From positions 824-64,823 of the forward strand of contig CANTCS010000001.1 of NCBI GenBank assembly GCA_947652375.1: a stretch of DNA of 64,000 nucleotides, written 5' to 3'. The stretch is from an uncultured Mollicutes bacterium. GTDB taxonomy: Bacteria; Bacillota_I; Bacilli_A; RF39; UBA660. The notes beneath the pieces are model-generated. The model was given only the letters and a program-made list of their open reading frames with translations. It ran no database searches and was not told the origin of the DNA. The position numbers and the translations under genes are program-made. Below are positions 61,959-64,000 of this stretch, piece after piece; the stretch's first letter is position 1, and each line of letters starts with the position of its first letter.

Positions 61959-62615
61959 ATGATTCTGATAATATTTATTTTATTTATATTCGTAATTAGT
62001 ATTAAAAATTTGGTAATTTTAATGAGGTATTTAAACAAATTGGAAAAAGAATATTTAATACTTTTTAATAAATGTAATGATTTAAAAGATTTATCCAAAA
62101 TAAAAAATGAAATATATGAATATAACAAATGCGAGCTTACAAGAACTTATCAGCAATTAAAGCTTTATGAAAACGACGAATTGGAAAGAAGAAATATCAC
62201 AATAAATAATATAAATTATAAAAAAAATAATTTATTTATAGGAAAAAGAATTTTAATAGGGACAGTTATAGATGATCATCTTATTTATTTAAGAAAAATC
62301 TTACAAAAAATGGGTATAATTGTTGATGTTGTCTCTACTAGCAGAGATGTTTATCAAAAAATTAGTTATTCTTCAAAAATTAAATATGACCTTATATTTA
62401 TTGATGAAATTTTTAAAGAAGAAAATGAACTTAAAAATATAAAAAAATTACAAAATAAATTTGCTTTTCATACTCCCATAATATTATTAACTTTATCAAA
62501 ATTAAATTCCCAAAAAAAAATAAGCTATTTTTGTGCAAAATATAATGTAGATGGTATTATTGAAAAAAATTTTGATGAAAGTTTTTTAATTACTCTACTT
62601 AAAAAGTTTTTGTAA
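61959..62615 (+). CDS. Membrane-anchored orphan response-regulator receiver protein
   Basis: N-terminal TM + coiled coil; receiver fold KRILI..., YDLIFID, TPIILLT, VDGIIEKNF; SD GAGGT. Confidence 0.75.
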   Translation: MILIIFILFIFVISIKNLVILMRYLNKLEKEYLILFNKCNDLKDLSKIKNEIYEYNKCELTRTYQQLKLYENDELERRNITINNINYKKNNLFIGKRILIGTVIDDHLIYLRKILQKMGIIVDVVSTSRDVYQKISYSSKIKYDLIFIDEIFKEENELKNIKKLQNKFAFHTPIILLTLSKLNSQKKISYFCAKYNVDGIIEKNFDESFLITLLKKFL

Positions 62616-62947
62616 AAATAAGAATGTTATTTAATTACTTTTTAGATATGCTTTCTTAATATTAAAATAGAATATACTTTTATATGATATTTATTTTCTT
62701 ATAAAAATAGTATAAGAAAAAAATTTTATGAAATTTTTAAGATTTTAGACTTCAATTCTAATTTTTAATACTTTTAATTTAAAGTTTTAAGTCTAATATT
62801 ATATTTTTTAGTATTATTTTTTTTAATTACAGCTTTATATAATAAATCAAATAACATTACTTTATCTTTAAAAAATATCAAAATTGCTATAGAATATTTT
62901 TAATCACGAATTCTAATTTAATTTCAAATAAGCTATTTTTTAAATTT

Positions 62948-63742
62948 CTATTTATAATCTTTATTTTGATATTCAAATAATATATTAGAGTTATTCTTTA
63001 AGTATTTTCTAATAATATTTTCTGTTTCTTTTTTTGTTAAAATTATTTTCAATTTTCCTTGTTTATTTTTATTATTAAAGATATTATTTTCTTGTAATAA
63101 AAATTCCACTCTTTTTTTTACTCCATTAGCTCCATCTACAAAAATAACTTTATGATTAAGAGCATTCTCAATATATTTTTTTATAAATGGATAATGAGTA
63201 CATCCTAATATTACAACTTCTATTTGATTATAATCTATATTTTTAAATAAATTATCTAAATAAATTGGTATTTCTTTTAAATTTTCATTTTCTATTAATT
63301 CTGCTAAATTTGTACAAGGTAAGAGAATACGATTTTTTTGATAATATTCTTTAGCTAAAGACATTAATCTATCACTATGAATAGTTCCAGGTGTTGCCAT
63401 TACAAGTACATTTTTATCTTTATATTTATCATAAGCGACTTTTATAGCTGGTTCTACTGCTACAAATAAAATGTCTTTATAATTGTTTCTTAGATAAGAA
63501 ATAGTTTGAGTACTTGCAGTATTACAAGCTATTATTACAATTTTTACATTATATTTTATAAAATATTTTATAATATTATCAACTATTTTTATTATCTCTT
63601 CTTTTGGTTTGTTTCCATATGGATTATTAATAGAATCTGCATAATAAATATAGTTTTCACAGGGCAAGTATTTTCTTACTTCATTTAAAATTGAAATTCC
63701 ACCTATTCCTGAATCTATAATTCCGATTGGTCTATCATCCAT
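62948..63742 (-). CDS. murI: Glutamate racemase
   Basis: DSGIGG, PYGNK, IACNTAS, ILGCTHYP. Confidence 0.97.
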   Translation of the reverse strand: MDDRPIGIIDSGIGGISILNEVRKYLPCENYIYYADSINNPYGNKPKEEIIKIVDNIIKYFIKYNVKIVIIACNTASTQTISYLRNNYKDILFVAVEPAIKVAYDKYKDKNVLVMATPGTIHSDRLMSLAKEYYQKNRILLPCTNLAELIENENLKEIPIYLDNLFKNIDYNQIEVVILGCTHYPFIKKYIENALNHKVIFVDGANGVKKRVEFLLQENNIFNNKNKQGKLKIILTKKETENIIRKYLKNNSNILFEYQNKDYK

Positions 63743-63761
63743 ATTTGCCTCCTTATATTCT

Positions 63762-64000
63762 TTAAATTAAGTTATCTTGACTAGAAAATAATTTGTAATA
63801 TTCTCCTTTTTTATCCATTAATTCTTGGTGATTTCCAATTTCTAATATTTTTTTATTTTTTATAAATAAAATTACATCAGAATTTACTATTGTAGATAGT
63901 CGATGAGCTATTGTAATTGTTGTTTTATTTTTTATTAAATTATTTATTTTATTTTGTATTAAATTTTCAGTTCTTACATCTATTTTACTTGTTGCTTCAT
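63762..64000 (-). CDS. ABC exporter ATP-binding domain, C-terminal fragment (runs off window)
   Basis: Manual translation (D)EATSKIDVRTE...IAHRLSTIVNSD...EIGNHQELMDKKGEYYKL. Confidence 0.9.
   Translation of the reverse strand, partial: EATSKIDVRTENLIQNKINNLIKNKTTITIAHRLSTIVNSDVILFIKNKKILEIGNHQELMDKKGEYYKLFSSQDNLI

Overview
Very AT-rich chromosomal window (genetic code 11) from a reduced-genome, apparently spore-forming, walled Bacilli/Firmicute. An RF39-like uncultured lineage is my inference from gene content and divergence. Most genes lie on the minus strand. The core is the S10-spc-alpha ribosomal superoperon (rpsJ to rplQ; no rpmD, map reduced to a scar), then ecfA-ecfA-truA and rplM-rpsI, plus a Bacillus-syntenic block uvrB-uvrA-yvlD-lgt-yvcK-whiA/clpP, gap-pgk-tpiA and spo0A with clustered 0A boxes. 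The most striking feature is at the left edge. A large serine recombinase gene ends about 100 bp before the 3' half of an Amidase_3 + 4xLysM gene, and that gene is cut exactly between its Zn-ligand motif (SxHxNA, missing) and the following GGGEGAE. This is the architecture of a skin-like gene-interrupting element whose excision would rebuild a cell-wall amidase. Other accessory modules: a minimal type VII secretion locus (essC-yukD-two short WXG100-like genes), an AbiF/AbiD-type HEPN gene overlapping htrA, a phage-free holin + M23 endolysin pair, and several intact but catalytically degenerate genes (SpoIID-like, both EcfA ATPases, an AAA-DUF4143 protein). A decaying regulatory island at 58-62.6 kb holds a frameshifted five-HTH-repeat, sigma-like protein. 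No rRNA, tRNA or CRISPR array was seen. All calls are by eye from motifs; no database searches were run.
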